From Mobula hypostoma (lineage: Eukaryota): a stretch of DNA of 64,000 bases. The notes beneath the pieces were generated by a model. That model saw nothing but the letters and a program-made list of their open reading frames with translations, made no database searches and was not told the origin of the DNA. The stretch spans positions 115,074,001-115,138,000 of the forward strand of contig NC_086107.1 of assembly GCF_963921235.1 (NCBI RefSeq). The letters run 5' to 3'. Below, one piece after another: positions 40,648-53,847 of the stretch (the stretch's first letter is position 1; each line of letters begins with the position of its first letter). Made by a program: the position numbers and the translations under genes.

Positions 40648-43600
40648 ATGAACTAGCAGCATGGTCGCTGATTACTATGCCATCCTCCCAGCAACTTTTA
40701 ATCTTTGATAAGAGCTCTCTTGAGACAAGAAAATAATCAGTACTACAACGAGATTTACATGTACTTGAATGGCAAGAGTATTCTATTTTGCCAGGGTTTT
40801 GTTCTCTTCGTACTTCAACCAAATTTATATCCACAATGTATTGTTTTAGTAATTTTCTAGTTTGTGCCTTATAGGTATCACAGCCTGTAGAGTGATCCAT
40901 TGCTGGGTTTAAAGTGCAATTAAAGTCTCCTGCAATGATATAAAAGCCCCGTAAAGTGGACATAGTAAGGAATTTTTTAAAAAAAAAATTAGGATTATCC
41001 TCATTTAGGCCATATATACTGACTAGGTTTAATGTGAAAGAGAGGTTATTGCCTTGCGTGATAACATACCTTCCGGCTGAGTCTTAGATTGTTTCCACAG
41101 TTTGAAATGGTATCGTTCTTTGAATAAGAATAAGTACACCTCTAGCAGAGTTGTTGTATGTTGCATATATTACTTGGCCAGGCCATCTATTCTGTACCAA
41201 TTTCATATCTGAGACCGTCAGATGAGTTTCTTGAAGAAAAATTATTTTGCACTTAAGCTGTTTGATCCTATTCATAACCTGTTTCAATTTGATTAACTTC
41301 TTTAGTCCCCTAACATTCCAGCTTGTGACTTTTATATTACAGATATTCTGAGTGCTCGTTTGTTCCATATATAGTACATGTCAATTACACCAGGAAAGGA
41401 GTAAGAAATATTACTGCTGTGTTGGGTGCACGACATACATAAAGAAAAACAAAAAGCACATATACATTTACACATTTGAACTCTTGAATTCCCCCTCCTT
41501 TACTCAAAACAAAAAACTATAGGGCTTGTGTTGATTCACTCTATGGAGGAGCAGTTAAACTATGCGAACCTAACTCCACAGGCAACTAGTGGTGTCCATC
41601 AGCCATGCAGCTTATTATATCATGAACATTATATACTCAACCCACTTAGCATAAAAATAAAATCAAAGTAGCCACTGAACTGTATTGCCTATTATAAGTA
41701 TTCATTCAGGTCCGTGGAGTTCCATCTCAATAGAATCAAGGTTTCCACAAACAAAAATGTTATAAATAATAAAAACAGGCAAAATGATAAAGCTATTCTG
41801 ACGGCAAAAACAACCTCTTAAATACAGTATCTTTTCAAGAACAGAATAAAAGAGGCTAAAGTGGTAGTTCTAGTAAAAACAAATAAAGGAAGAAAAAAGA
41901 TGTCTTCTGGGACTCAGTGTAGTCTTATACCTGTTGGGCAGTCAGTATCAGCCGATCCTCATGGGTATGAAAGTAAACAAATCTCATCACTGCCTTAATC
42001 AGATCCTTCAGGCGTGTCCTCGATGGAAATCATCCGCCTCTTTTGGTGATGAAAACAGGTGTATTTTCCCATTGTGAAGGACCCTCATCTTGCGTGGATT
42101 ATGTTGAAACCCGCGGGAAGTCCCTTTTTCGACGAACACTCTTCTGACCGTGTTGAACTAGTTTCGCTGTCGCATGGTCTCAGCTGAGAGGTCCCGAGCG
42201 AAAAAAAAGCTTGTTTCCCTCAGACGTGATATTTCTCTGTTTAGTGGAGCGGAAAACAAACTGCTGATCTTGAAGTTTCAGGAACCGAATGAGAACCGCT
42301 CTGTTCTGGTTTGGTTTCGGCGGTGCTAGAGTTGCGGTGAACTCTTTCTAGAATGAAGGATCTGTGTCGGTGTCCAGCTCCAGCCAGCGCGGTAGCGCAT
42401 TTTGTATGGACTCCAGCGGTGGCTGGTTTTCCCAGAGGACGAACAACCGCAAGTTTTTCCCTTTGATTCCAATTCTCCAGATCTTCAGTCTTGTATTCCA
42501 GGTAGGCGATTCGTTTCATGCCGTCGGTTAGTTCAGTCTTGTTCTTTCCCAGGTGCTCCTCTGTCGTCATTATGCTGTTTTCAACCTCTTCCATCCGTGT
42601 GGTATTAGAAGCAACATTTCGCTTCACCTCTGACAAGTTTCTTCGACAGTTAAACGGGGCATGACTACGCAAGCGCGTGGAAGTCGGACCGTGAGGCAGC
42701 GGGAGTATTTAAAAGAGAGCAGATTAACGGAGCGGGCGACGTTGCAGCTGGCGACGGAGTGGAGGGAGACAGAGTAGGAAGGCTTTGGCTCCTGAGGCTT
42801 CGGTGAGCAGAGACTAAGGAAGAGCTTCACTCCAAGTGAGGTAAGGCCGGGTAAGTTCCTTTAACAAATCTAATTACTGTACCTTAAGAGTAGGTAATGG
42901 AGGGAGCAGTTCGGGCAGTCGAGTGCTCCGTTTGCAGGATGTGGGAAGTCAGTGTGAGCACAATCGTCCCTGATGACTACACCTGTGAAAGGTGCATCCA
43001 GCAGCAGCTCCTGACAGACCGAGTTAGGGAACTGGAGCTGGAGCTGGATGAACTTAGGATCATTCGTGAGGAAGAGGCAGAAATAAACAGGAGTTACAGG
43101 GAGGTGGTCACCCCTAAGAATCAGGAGACAGGTAGCTGGGTGACTGTCAGGAGAGGGAAGGGGAATAGACAGAATGAGCAGAGCACCCCTGTGGCCGTTC
43201 CCATCAAAAATAAGTATACCGTTTTGGATACTGTTGATGGGGACGACCTACCAGGGACAAGTTGCAGTGGTTACGTCTCTGGCACTGAGACTGGACCCTC
43301 AACTCAGAAGGAAAGGAGGGAAAAGAGGAGAGAGGTAGTGATAGGGGATTCGATAGTCAGGGGGACAGATAAGAGATTCTCTGGAAGAGATCGAGAATCT
43401 CGGATTGTTTGTTGCCTCCCTGGTGCCAAGGTCTGCGATATCTCGGATCGAGTTCTCGGTATTCTCAAGAGGGAGGGTGAATAGCCGGATGTCATGGTCC
43501 ATGTAGGGACCAATGACGTGGGTAGGAAGAGTGTGGAGGTCCTGAAAGGTGAGTTCAGGGAGTTAGGCGCCAAGTTAAAGGACAGGACCTCCAGGATAGC

Positions 43601-43815
43601 AATCTCAGGATTGCTACCAGTGCCACGTGCAGGCTGGTTTAGAAACAGTAAGATAGCACAGATCAACACGTGGCTGAAGACATGGTGCTGGAGGGAGGGC
43701 TTCAGATTTAGAGATAATTGGGAAGTTTTCGAAGGAGCGGAGCTTTGGGGCTTTGACTCGAGAGGCTTCGACGAGAAGAGGCGGAGGACAAGCTAGCTCG
43801 CAGTTAGTTTTTACA

Positions 43816-44754
43816 ATGTCTCCTGAGCCGGTGATGTGCCTCTCATGTGAGATGTGGCAGTCTTGGGGGAACTCCCCTCTCCCGCAGAGTCACATCTGCC
43901 AGAAGTGCATACAGCTGGGCGATCTGGAAGACCGCGTAAGGAATCTGGAGCAGCGGCTGGATGACCTTCGACTCATAAGGGAGAATGAGGCAGTCATAGA
44001 TGAGAGCTACAGGGAGGTAGTCACACCTAAGCTGTCGGAAGCAGGTCATTGGGTGCCAATCAGAGGGGGAAAAGCGAAGGTGAGCAAATGGGTAGTGCAG
44101 AGCACCCCTGTAGCCATTCCGCTGAATAAGTTTACCGTCCTGGATACTGTCGGCGGGGACGACCGACCAGGTGTGAGCCACGGTGGCAGGGCCTCCGGCA
44201 CTGAGTCTGACTCTGTGGTGCAGAAGGGTGGGATGGAGAAGAGGAGAGCTGTCGTCATTGGAGACTCTATAGTCAGGGGAGCAGACAGGAGATTTTGTGC
44301 ACGTGAGAAGGACACCCGCATGGTTTGTTGCCTCCTGGGTGCCAGGGTCCGGGATGTCTCTGACCGGGCGCACGACATCCTGGTACGAGAGGGAAAGCAA
44401 CCAGAAGTCGTGATACATGTTGGTACCAACGACATAGGCAGGAAGAGGGATGAGCTCCTGAAGTGTGAGTTTCCGGAACTAGGCAGAAGGCTGAAGAACA
44501 GGACCTCAAGGGTGGCGTTCTCAGGATTGCTGACAGTGCTACGTGACAGTGATGGTAAGAATTGGAGGAGATGGCAGTTGAATGCGTGGCTGAGGAGTTG
44601 GTGCAGGGAGCAGGGTTTTAGATTTTTGGATCATTGGGATCTCTTCTGGGGAAGGTGGGACCTGTACAGATTGGATGGGTTGCACCTGAACTCGAGGGGG
44701 AGCAATATCCTTGCAGGTCGGTTTGCTGGCATGGTTCGAGAGGGTTTAAACTAA
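43816..44754 (+). CDS. CR1 ORF1p (zinc finger, coiled coil, SGNH/GDSL esterase), intact reading frame, 312 aa
   Basis: MSPEPVMCLSC..CQKC; VIGDSIVRG; HVGTND; DGLHLN; no internal stop. Confidence 0.8.
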   Translation: MSPEPVMCLSCEMWQSWGNSPLPQSHICQKCIQLGDLEDRVRNLEQRLDDLRLIRENEAVIDESYREVVTPKLSEAGHWVPIRGGKAKVSKWVVQSTPVAIPLNKFTVLDTVGGDDRPGVSHGGRASGTESDSVVQKGGMEKRRAVVIGDSIVRGADRRFCAREKDTRMVCCLLGARVRDVSDRAHDILVREGKQPEVVIHVGTNDIGRKRDELLKCEFPELGRRLKNRTSRVAFSGLLTVLRDSDGKNWRRWQLNAWLRSWCREQGFRFLDHWDLFWGRWDLYRLDGLHLNSRGSNILAGRFAGMVREGLN

Positions 44755-47040
44755 TTTGCGAGGGCGGTGGGACCCAGAGTGATAGAGCAGTGAAAAAAGT
44801 GCATGGAGTAAAGCCAGATCTAACATACAGAGAGGCTTTGAGGAAAGAGGAGCAGAATAAACGGTGTAAAGACAGTAAGGTAGAAGGGCTGAAATGTGTG
44901 TACCTCAATGCAAGAAGCATCAGGAACAAAGGTGATGAACTGAGAGCTTGGATACATACATGGAATTATGATGTAGTGGCCATTACAGAGACTTGGCTGG
45001 CACCAGGGCAGGAATGGATTCTCAATATTCCTGGATTTCAGTGCTTTAAAAGGGATAGAGAGGGGGCAAAAGGGGAGGAGGGGTGGCATTACCGGTCAGG
45101 GATACTATTACAGCTACAGAAAGGGTGGGTAATGTAGTAGGATCCTCTTTTGAGTCAAAATGTGTGGAAGTCAGGAACAGGAAGGGAGCAGTTACTCTAT
45201 TGGGGGTATTCTATAGGCCCCCTGGTAGCAGCAGAGATACAGAGGAGCAGATTGGAAGGCAGATTTTGGAAAGGTGCAAAAATAATAAGGTTGTTATCAT
45301 GGGTGACTTTAACTTCCCTAATATTGATTGGCACCTGATTAGTTCCAAGGGTTTAGATGGGGCAGAGTTTGTTAAGTGTATCCAGGATGGATTCCTGTCA
45401 CAGTACGTGGACAGGCCGACCAGAGGAATACCATACTAGATCTAGTATTAGCTAATGAACCGGGTCAGATCACAGATCTCTCAGTGGGTGAGCATCTGGG
45501 GGACAGTGACCACCGCCCCCTGACCTTTAGCATTAACATGGAAAAGGATAGAATCAGAGAGGACAGGAAAATTTTTAATTGGGGAAAGGCAAATTATGAG
45601 GCCATAAGGCTAGAACTTGCGGGTGTGAATTGGGATGATGTTTTTGCAGGGAAGTGTACTATGGACATGTGGTCAATGTTTAGAGATCTCTTGCGGGATG
45701 TTAGGGATAAATTTGTCCCGGTGAGGAAGATAAAGAATGGTAGGGTGAAGGAACCATGGGTGACAAGTGAGGTTGAAAATCTAGTCAGGTGGAAGGCAGC
45801 AGCATACATGAGGTTTAGGAAGCAAGGATCAGATGGGTCTATTGAGGAATACGGAGAAGCAAGAAAGGAGCTTAAGAAGGGGCTGAGAAGAGAAAGAAGG
45901 GGACACGAGAAGGCCTTGGCGAGTAGGGTAAAGGAAAACCCCAAGGCATTCTTCAATTATGTGAAGAAAAAAAGGATGACAGGAGTGAAGGTAGGACCGA
46001 TTAGAGATAAAGGTGGGAAGATGTGCCTGGAGGCTGTGGAAGTGAGCGAGGTCCTCAATGAATATTTCTCTTCGGTATTCACCAATGAGAGGGAACTTGA
46101 TGATGGTGAGGACAATATGGGTGAGATGATGTTCTGGAGCATGCTGATATTAAGGGAGAGGAGGTGTTGGAGTTGTTAAAATACATTAGGACAGATAGGT
46201 CCCGGGGGCCTGACGGAATATTCCCCAGGCTGCTCCACAAGGCGAGAGGAGAGATTGATGAGCCTTTGGTTAGGATCTTTATGTCCTCGTTGTCCATGGG
46301 AATAGTACCGGAGGACTGGAGGGAGGCGGATGTTGCCCCTTGTTCAAAAAAGGTAGTAGGGATAGTCCGGCTAATTATAGACCAGTGAGCCTTACGGCTG
46401 TGGTGGGAAAGCTGTTGGAAAAGATTCTTAGAGATAGGATCTATAGGCATTTAGAGAATCATGGTCTGATCAGGGACAGTCAGCATGGCTTTGTGAGGGC
46501 AGATCGTGTCTAACAAACCTGATAGAGTTCTTTGAGGAGGTGACCAGGCATATAGATGAGGGTAGTGTAGTGGATGTAATCTATATGGATTTTAGTAAGG
46601 CATTTGACAAGGTTCCACACGGTAGGCTTATTCAGAAAGTTAGAAGGCATGGGATCCAGGGAAGTTTGGCCAGGTGGATTCAGAATGGGCTTGCCTGCAG
46701 AAGGCAGAAGGTGGTGCTGGAGGGAGTACATTCAGATTGGAGGATTGTGACTAGTGGTGTCCCACAAGGATCTGTTCTGGAACCTCTACTTTTCGTGATT
46801 TTTATTAACGACCTGGATGTGGGGGTAGAAGGGTGGGTTGGCAAGTTTGAAGACGACACAAAGGTTGGTGATGTTGTAGATAGTGTAGAGGATTGTCAAA
46901 GATTGCAGGGAGACATTGATAGGATGCAGGAGTGGACTGAGAAGTGGCAGATGGAGTTCAACCCGGAGAAGTGTAAGGTGACATACATCAAAGTTACTGG
47001 TGAACGCAGCAGGCCAAGCAGCATCTATAGGAAGAGGCGC

Positions 47041-47076
47041 AATCGACGTTTCAGGCCGAGACCCTTCGTCAGGACT
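47041..47076 (-). ncRNA. Minimal type I hammerhead ribozyme motif (inverted copy)
   Basis: Reverse complement reads AGTCCTGACGAAGGGTCTCGGCCTGAAACGTCGATT, with an intact core. Confidence 0.7.
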
Positions 47077-47114
47077 AACTGAAGGAACTAACTTCCAGTT
47101 AACTTCCTTCAGTT

Positions 47115-47150
47115 AGTCCTGACGAAGGGTCTCGGCCTGAAACGTCGACT
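47115..47150 (+). ncRNA. Minimal type I hammerhead ribozyme motif
   Basis: AGTC-CTGACGA-AGGgtctcggCCT-GAAAC-GTC^GACT: stem I, CUGANGA core, stem II, GAAA, palindromic loop-less stem III and a GUC cleavage triplet. Confidence 0.75.
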
Positions 47151-50100
47151 GCGCCTCTTCCTATAGATGCTGCTTGGCCTGCTGCGTTCACCAGCAACTT
47201 TGGTGTATGTTGCTTGAATTTCCAGCATCTGCAGAATTCCTGTTGTTTGAAGTGTGAGGTGATACACTTTGGAAGGACAAACTCCAAGGCAGAGTACAAA
47301 GTAAATAGCAGGATACCTGGTAGTGTGGAGGAGCAGAGGGATCTCGGGGTACATGTCCACAGATACCTGAAAGTTGCCTCGCAGGTGGATAGGGTAGTTA
47401 AGAAAGCTTATGGGGTGTTAGCTTTCATAAGTCGAGAGATAGAGTTTAAGAGTCGCGATGTAATGATGCAGCTCTATAAAACTCTGGTTAGGCCACACTT
47501 GGAGTACTGTGTCCAGTTCTGGTCACCTCACTATAGGAAGGATATGGAAGCATTGGAAAGGGTACAGAGGAGATTTACCAGGATGCTGCCTGGTTTAGAG
47601 AGTATGCATTATGATCAGAGATTAAGGGAGCTAGGGCTTTACTCTTTGGAGAGAATGAGGATGAGAGGAGACATGATAGAGGTGTACAAGATAATAAGAG
47701 GAATAGACAGAGTGGACAGCCAGCGCCACCTCCCCAGAGGACCACTGCTCAATACAAGAGGACATGGCTTTAAGGTAAGGGGTGGGAAGTTCAAGGGGGA
47801 TATTAGAGGAAGATTTTTTACTCAGAGAGTGGTTGGTGCGTGGAATGCACTGCCTGAGTCAGTGGTGGAGGCTGATACACTAGTGAAGTTTAAGAGACTA
47901 CTAGACAGGTATATGGAGGAATTTAAGGTGGGGGCTTAAATGGGAGGCAGGGTTTGAGGGTCGGCACAACATTGTGGGCCGAAGGGCCTGTACTGTGCTG
48001 TACTATTCTATGTTCTATGTTTCCAGGGAAGGTGGGACCTGTTCCAACGGGACGGTTTACATCCGAACTGGAGGGGGACAAATATTCCTGCAGGTAGGTT
48101 TGCTAGAGAGGTTTCGATGGATTAAAACTAGATACAAAGGGGGAGGGAAAACAGAGTGTAGGAACAGATGTAGGGGAGAAGGAAGAAAAAGAAAATAGTA
48201 AAGTTGTTGGCACCCTTAGTGTTAAGCAGAGAGTAGGAGGTGGAACAGTTCTTAAATGCATTTAATTTAATGCTAGGAGCATTGTAAGAAAGGTCGATGA
48301 GCTTGAAGCATGGATTGATACCTGGAAGTATGATGTGGTAGCTATTAGTGAAACATGGTTACAGGAGGGCTGTGATTGGCAACTAAATATTCCTGGATTT
48401 AATTGCTTCAGGTGTGATAGAATCGTAGGCACAAGAGGGGGAGATGTTGCATAGCTTGTCAAGGAAAATATTGCAACGGTGCTCTGGCAGAGTAGATTAG
48501 AGGGCTCGTCTAGGGAGGCTATTTGGGTGGAATTGAGGAATGGGAAAGGTGTAGTAACACTTATGGGGCTGTATTATAGACCACCAAATGGGGAGCGAGA
48601 ATTGGAGGAGCAAATTTGTAAGGAGATAGCAGATATTTGTAGTAAGCACAAGGTTGTGATTGTGGGAGATTTTAATTTTCCACACAGAGACTGGGAAGCC
48701 CATTCTGTAAAAGAGCTGGATGGTTTGGAGTTTGTGAAATGTGGGCAGGATAGTTTTTTGCAGCAATACATAAAGGTACCAACTACATAAGGGGCAGTGT
48801 TGGATCTCCTGTTAGGGAATGAGATAGGTTAGGTGACGGAGATTTGTGTTGGGAGCACTTCGGGTCCAGTGATCACAATGCTATTAGTTTCAATATAATT
48901 ATGGAGAAGAATAGGTCTGGACCTAGGGTTGAGAATTTTGATTGGAGAAAGCTAACTTTGAGGCGATGCGAAAGGATTTAGAAGGAGTGGATTGGGATAA
49001 TTTGTTTTATGGGGAAAATGTAATAGAGAAATGGAGGTCATTTAAAGGTGAAATTTTGAGGTTACAGAATTTTTATGTTCCTGTTAGGGTGAAAGGAAAG
49101 GTTAAAAGTTTGAGAGAGCCACGGTTTTCAAGGAATATTGGAAACTTGGTTCGGAAAAAGAGAGATATCTACAATACATATAGGCAGCTTGGAGTAAATG
49201 AGGTACTCGAGGAATATAAAGAATGTAAAAAGAATCTTAAGAAAGAAATTAGAAAAGCTAAAAGAAGATTATGAGGTTGCTTTGGCGAGGTGAAAATAAT
49301 TCCCAAAGGTTTCTACAGTTATATTAATAGCAAAAGGATAGTGAGGGATAAAATTGGTCCCTTAGAGAATCAGAGTGGATGGCTATTTGTGGAGTCAAAA
49401 GAGATGGGGGAGATTTTGAACAATTTCTTTTCTTCGGTCTTCACTAAGGTAAAGGGTATTGAATTGTGTAAGGTAAGGGAAACAAGTAGGGAAGTTATGG
49501 AAATTATGATGATTAAAGAAGAGGAAGTACTGGCACTTTTAAGGAATATAAAAGTGGATAAGTCTCCAGGTCCTGACAGGATATTCCCAACGACCTTGAG
49601 GGAAGTTAGTGTGGAAATAGCAGGGGCTCTGACAGAAATATTTCAAATGTCATTAGAAACGGGGATGGTGCTGGAGGATTGGCGTATTGCTCATGTGGTT
49701 CCATTGTTTAAAAAGGGTTCTAAGAGTAAACCTAGCAATTATCGGCCTGTGAGTTTGACGTCAGTGGTCGGTAAATTGATGGAAAATATTCTTAGAGATG
49801 GTATATATAATTATCTGGATAGACATGGTCTGATTAGGAACAGTCAACATAGATTTGTGCGTGAAAAGTCATGTTTGACAAATCTTATTGAATTTCTTGA
49901 AGCGGTTACTAGGAAGGTTGACGAGGGTAAAGTGGTGGATGTTGTCTATATGGACTTCAGTAAGGCCTTTGGCAAGTTCCACACGGAAGGTTAGTTAGGA
50001 AGGTTCAATCGTTAGGTATTAATCTTGAGGTAGTAAAATGGATTCAGCAGTGGCTGGATGGGAGATGCCAGAGAGTAGTGGTGGATAACTGTTTGTCAGA

Positions 50101-51185
50101 TTGGAGGCCGGGGACTAGTGGTGTGCCTCAGGGATCTGTGCTGGGTCCAATGTTGTTTGTCATATACATTAATGATCTGGTTGATGGGGTGGTAAATTGA
50201 ATGAGTAAGTATGCAGATGATACTAAGATAGGTGGAGTAGTGAATAATGAAGTAGGTTTTCAAAGCTTGCAGAGAGATTTAGGCCAGTTAGAAGAGTGGG
50301 CTGAAAGGTGGCAGATGAAGTTTAATGCTGATAAATCTGAGGTGCTACATTTTGGTAGGACTAATCAAAATAGGACATACACGGTAGGGCATTGAAGAAT
50401 GCTGTAGAACAGAGGGATCTAGGAATAATGGTGCATAGTTCTCTGAAGGTGGAATCTGATGTGGATAGGGTGGTGAAGAAAGCTTTTGGTATGCTGGCCT
50501 TTATAAATCAGAGCATTGAGTATACGAGTTGGGATGTAATGTTTGAAATTGTACAAGGCATTAGTGAGGCCAAATTTGGAGCATTGTGTACAGTTCTGGT
50601 CACTGAATTATAGGAAAGATGTCAACAAAATAGAGAGAGTGCAGAGAAGATTTACTAGAATGTTACCTGGGTTTCATCTCCTAAGTTACAGAGAAAGGTT
50701 GAACAAGTTGGGTCTTTATTCTTTGGAGTGTAGAAGGTTGAGGGGGGACTTGATAGAGACGTTTAAAATTATGAGGGGGATTGATAGAGTTGACGTGGTT
50801 AGACTTTTTCCATTGAGAGTGGGGAAGATTCAAACAAGAGGACATGAGTTGAGAGTTAGAGGACAAAAGTTTCGGGGTAACATGAGGGGGAACTTCTTTA
50901 CTCAGAGAGTGGTAGCTGTGTGGAACGAGCTTCCAGCAGAAGTGGTTGAGGCAGGTTCGATGTTGTCGTTTAAAGTTAAATTGGACAACTATATGGACAG
51001 GAAAGGAATGGAGGGTTGTGGGCTGAGTGCAGATCGGTGAGACTAGGTGAGAGTTGGTGTTCGGCACGGACTAGAAGAGCCTAGATGGCCTGTTTCCGTG
51101 CTGTAATTGTTATATGTTCATATGGTTATATTGTTTTCCAAGGCAGCGACAGAGCTGGCCATTTTACCCAGGTGGTCATCTATAC

Positions 51186-51550
51186 ATAGAAACATAGAAA
51201 CATAGAAAACAGGTGCAGGAGTAGGCCATTCGGCCCTTCGAGCCTGCACCGCCATTTATTATGATCATGGCTGATCATCCAACTCAGAACCCTGCACCAG
51301 CCTTCCCTCCATACCCCCTGATCCCCGTAGCCACAAGGGCCATATCTAACTCCCTCTTAAATATCGCCAATGAACTGGCCTCAACTGTTTCCTGTGGCAG
51401 AGAATTCCACAGATTCACCACTCTCTGTGTGAAGAAGTTTTTCTTAATCTCAATCCTAAAAGGCTCCCCCCTTATCCTCAAACTGTGACCCCTCGTTCTG
51501 GACTTCCCCAACATCGGGAACAATCTTCCTGCATCTAGCCTGTCCAATCC
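51186..51550 (-). mobile_element. Short CR1 3' fragment, same family as 38486-40647
   Basis: Nearly the same 3' UTR and tail (CATAGAAA)n-GGTGCAGGAGTAGGCC and DRLDAGRLFPMLG translation. Inserted in the ORF1 of L1-B. Confidence 0.9.
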
Positions 51551-52544
51551 CTGTCCAGTTTGGATCCTAGCGAAGTAACTTTAGTTCAGCTAGCACCGCC
51601 GTTAGCTCCGCCTTGTTATTAGTAGCTTCCTCGTCTTGCTCTGTCGATGGACTGTTGATTTTTGGTTTTTGGGAGCCGCGTCTTCGGGTGAAAATATGAC
51701 AGTTCTTGATTGCAGTCATTATATGACACAGTCCGAGTTCAGTTTGTATTGTTAACTTCGTGTTTAAAAGTTGTGTAGTGCAAGGTTGTACGGCGCCTCC
51801 ACGTTAAGCTGCCATCTTAGTTCGTGGCTCCACAGCACCCCCATCTTTACATTCTTAAAGACTTTATAGTTGCCTTCTGTTGGCTTTTAAGAGCTTCATA
51901 AACCTCTAACTTCCTACTAGTCTTTGCTCTATTATATTCCCTCTCTTCGGCTTTTATGTCGGGTTTGACTTGTCTTGTTAGCCATGGTTGTGTCATCTTT
52001 TCTTTAGAATACTTCTTCCTCTTTAGGATTTGTATATCCTGGGCCTTCCGAATTGCTTCCCGAAATTCCAGCCATTGCTGTTCTTTTCCAGTCAACCCTG
52101 GCCAACTCCTCTCTCAAGCCGCTGTAATTCCCTTTATACCCCTGTAATACTGATACATCTGACTTTAGCTCTCCAGTTTCAGGGTGAATTTGATCACATT
52201 ATGATCACTTTCCCCGAAGGGTTCTTGTAACTTAATGTCTTTAATCAAATCTGGCTCACTGCACAACACCCAATCCAGGATAGCTGATCCTCTAGTGGGC
52301 TCAACCACGAGCTGCTCTAAAAGCCATCTCTTAGCACTCAAGGAATTCCCTCTCCTGGAATTTAGCACCACACGATTTTCCCAATCTACCGTATATTGAA
52401 GTCTCCCCATGACTATTGATAGTAACATTGATAGTAACATTGATAGTAACATTGCTAGTAACATTGCTCTTTCGGCAAGCATTTCTATCGCCGTTGTAAT
52501 TTATAGGCAACATCCTTTCTACTGTTTTGGTGTCTGTATACAAC

Positions 52545-53459
52545 TGTCACGGTCCGGTCCGTTGACTCCTCATTTCATTTAATTTCCTTTTTCTCGTGTT
52601 CCACTGGGCTCCTTGATTAGGGCACCAGATCTTCATTCGAACCGGCAGCATAAAAACTCCCGCTTACATTTACTCGCTGCTGGTTCGTCACCGTAGCCAG
52701 TGCGGCTATGCTCGTCCAGGAGCCGCCGAGAATCGTAGACTCTAAGTTGCTTCGGTACCTGTGGCTGCTCAGTGAATTCTGTCGTTTTCGTGTCCTGCTG
52801 AGTTGTCGGCCGCTTTGCCGCCACTCCGAGCCAAGATACAGATGGACTGTCATTGTTTGGTTTTTGTCGTCTCGTTTCCAGCCGAGCAGGTCCGGCCGTT
52901 TGCCGCCGCTCCGAGTTGGAAATTCTGTCTGTCCGTGTCCAGCTGAGAGATTGCCGGCCGTGTCAAGATATGGATTGTCTGTCGTTGGTTAGTTTAGTCG
53001 TTTCGTTTCCAGCTGAGTAGGTCCGGCCGTTTGCCGCTACTCCGAGTTGGGTATTCTGTCTCTCCGTGTTCGAGTCCAAATCCAAGTCCAAGTCCGGGTT
53101 CCATATCCGAATCCAAGTCCGAGTCCATGTCCAGGCGTCGGGTCTAAGTCCAAGACCAAGTCCAAGTCCAGACTCCGGGTCCAAGTCCAAGTACACGCTC
53201 CCTGTCCAAGTCCAGGTTCGGTGTCCATGTCCAGGCTCCGTGTCCGAGTCCAAGTGCAAGTCAAGGTACCGCGTGCGAGTCCGGGTTCCGTGTACGAGTC
53301 CAGGCTCCGTGGCCAAGTCCAAGTCCAGGTTCCTCCGGTCTGTTGTCCGACGTTCGCTCTCTGGCTTTCCTTGCAACTAGTAATAAACACACTTCTGTTA
53401 ATGCTACTTACCTCTCGATATCCTGCTCTCGGGTCCGCTCCCTACACCTTATTGCAACA
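52545..53459 (+). mobile_element. Solo LTR (915 bp, Gypsy-like) with internal (GTCCAA)n-type repeats
   Basis: TGTCAC..GCAACA termini, 5-bp TSD ACAAC (52540-44 / 53460-64) and AATAAA at ~53382. Confidence 0.88.
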
Positions 53460-53847
53460 ACAACTCCCATCAGGGTTTTTACCCTTGCGATTCCTTAGTT
53501 CTATCCACAATGAATCGACCGCTTCCGACCCTATGTCACCTCTTTCTAATGATTTGATTTCATTTTTATTTACCAACAGAGCAACTCCACCCCCTCTGTC
53601 TTCCTGCCTATCCTTTGGATTCAATGTGTATCCTTGGACATTAAGCTCCCAGCTGTAATCTTTTAGCCGTGATTCCATGATGCTTACAACATCGTACCCG
53701 CTGATCTGCAACTGTGATGCAAGTTCATCTCCCTTATTCCATATACTGCGCGCATTCAGTACAACACCTTCAGTACAACACGCAGTCAGTGCAACAACTT
53801 AAGTACAACACCTTCAGTACCGCACGCATTCAGTGCAACACGCATTC

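Larger units (their letters stand above)
46981..47248. mobile_element. Penelope-derived inverted-repeat (hairpin) element, 268 bp
   Basis: ~107-bp inverted arms (46981-47087 / 47104-47210). 13-bp TSD GAAGTGT(A/G)AGGTG (46968-46980 / 47249-47261). Inserted in the RT of CR1-D. Confidence 0.85.
43731..48019 (+). mobile_element. Near full-length CR1 (CR1-D) nested in the ORF1 of CR1-C
   Basis: Has its own ORF1, an ORF2 with frameshifts (44760-47939) and a (TTCTATG)n tail at ~48005-48019. Confidence 0.9.
42640..51130 (+). mobile_element. Full-length CR1 (CR1-C), decayed, interrupted by CR1-D
   Basis: ORF1 from 42897 (CSVC..CERC zinc finger, coiled coil, VIGDSIVRG esterase) resumes at 48021. ORF2 fragments at 48250-51040, tail at ~51110-51130. 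The flanking L1 ORF1 rejoins as ..AALEN|NLSEVKR. Confidence 0.9.
35212..51840 (-). mobile_element. Full-length decayed L1/Tx1 LINE (L1-B) interrupted by three CR1 insertions
   Basis: ~16-bp TSD CCATC(C/T)TTACATTCTT (35196-35211 / 51841-51856). 5' end GGG..AAGATGGC near 51840, ORF1 (EDLEN..) at 42241-42640, ORF2 start at 41368 (SWNVRGL..FLQETHL), RT ISLYADDV at ~37100, and the poly(A)/AATAAA end at ~35212-35232. Confidence 0.9.

Noticed and set aside
38578..40662. 694-aa ORF as a host gene or novel RT system
   Set aside because: It is a 5'-truncated CR1 ORF2. The apparent start lies in flanking L1 sequence, and it has a TSD and a CR1 tail.
52963..53658. Low-complexity ORFs (DL/TW/VQ repeats)
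   Set aside because: They are translations of hexamer repeats inside the solo LTR.
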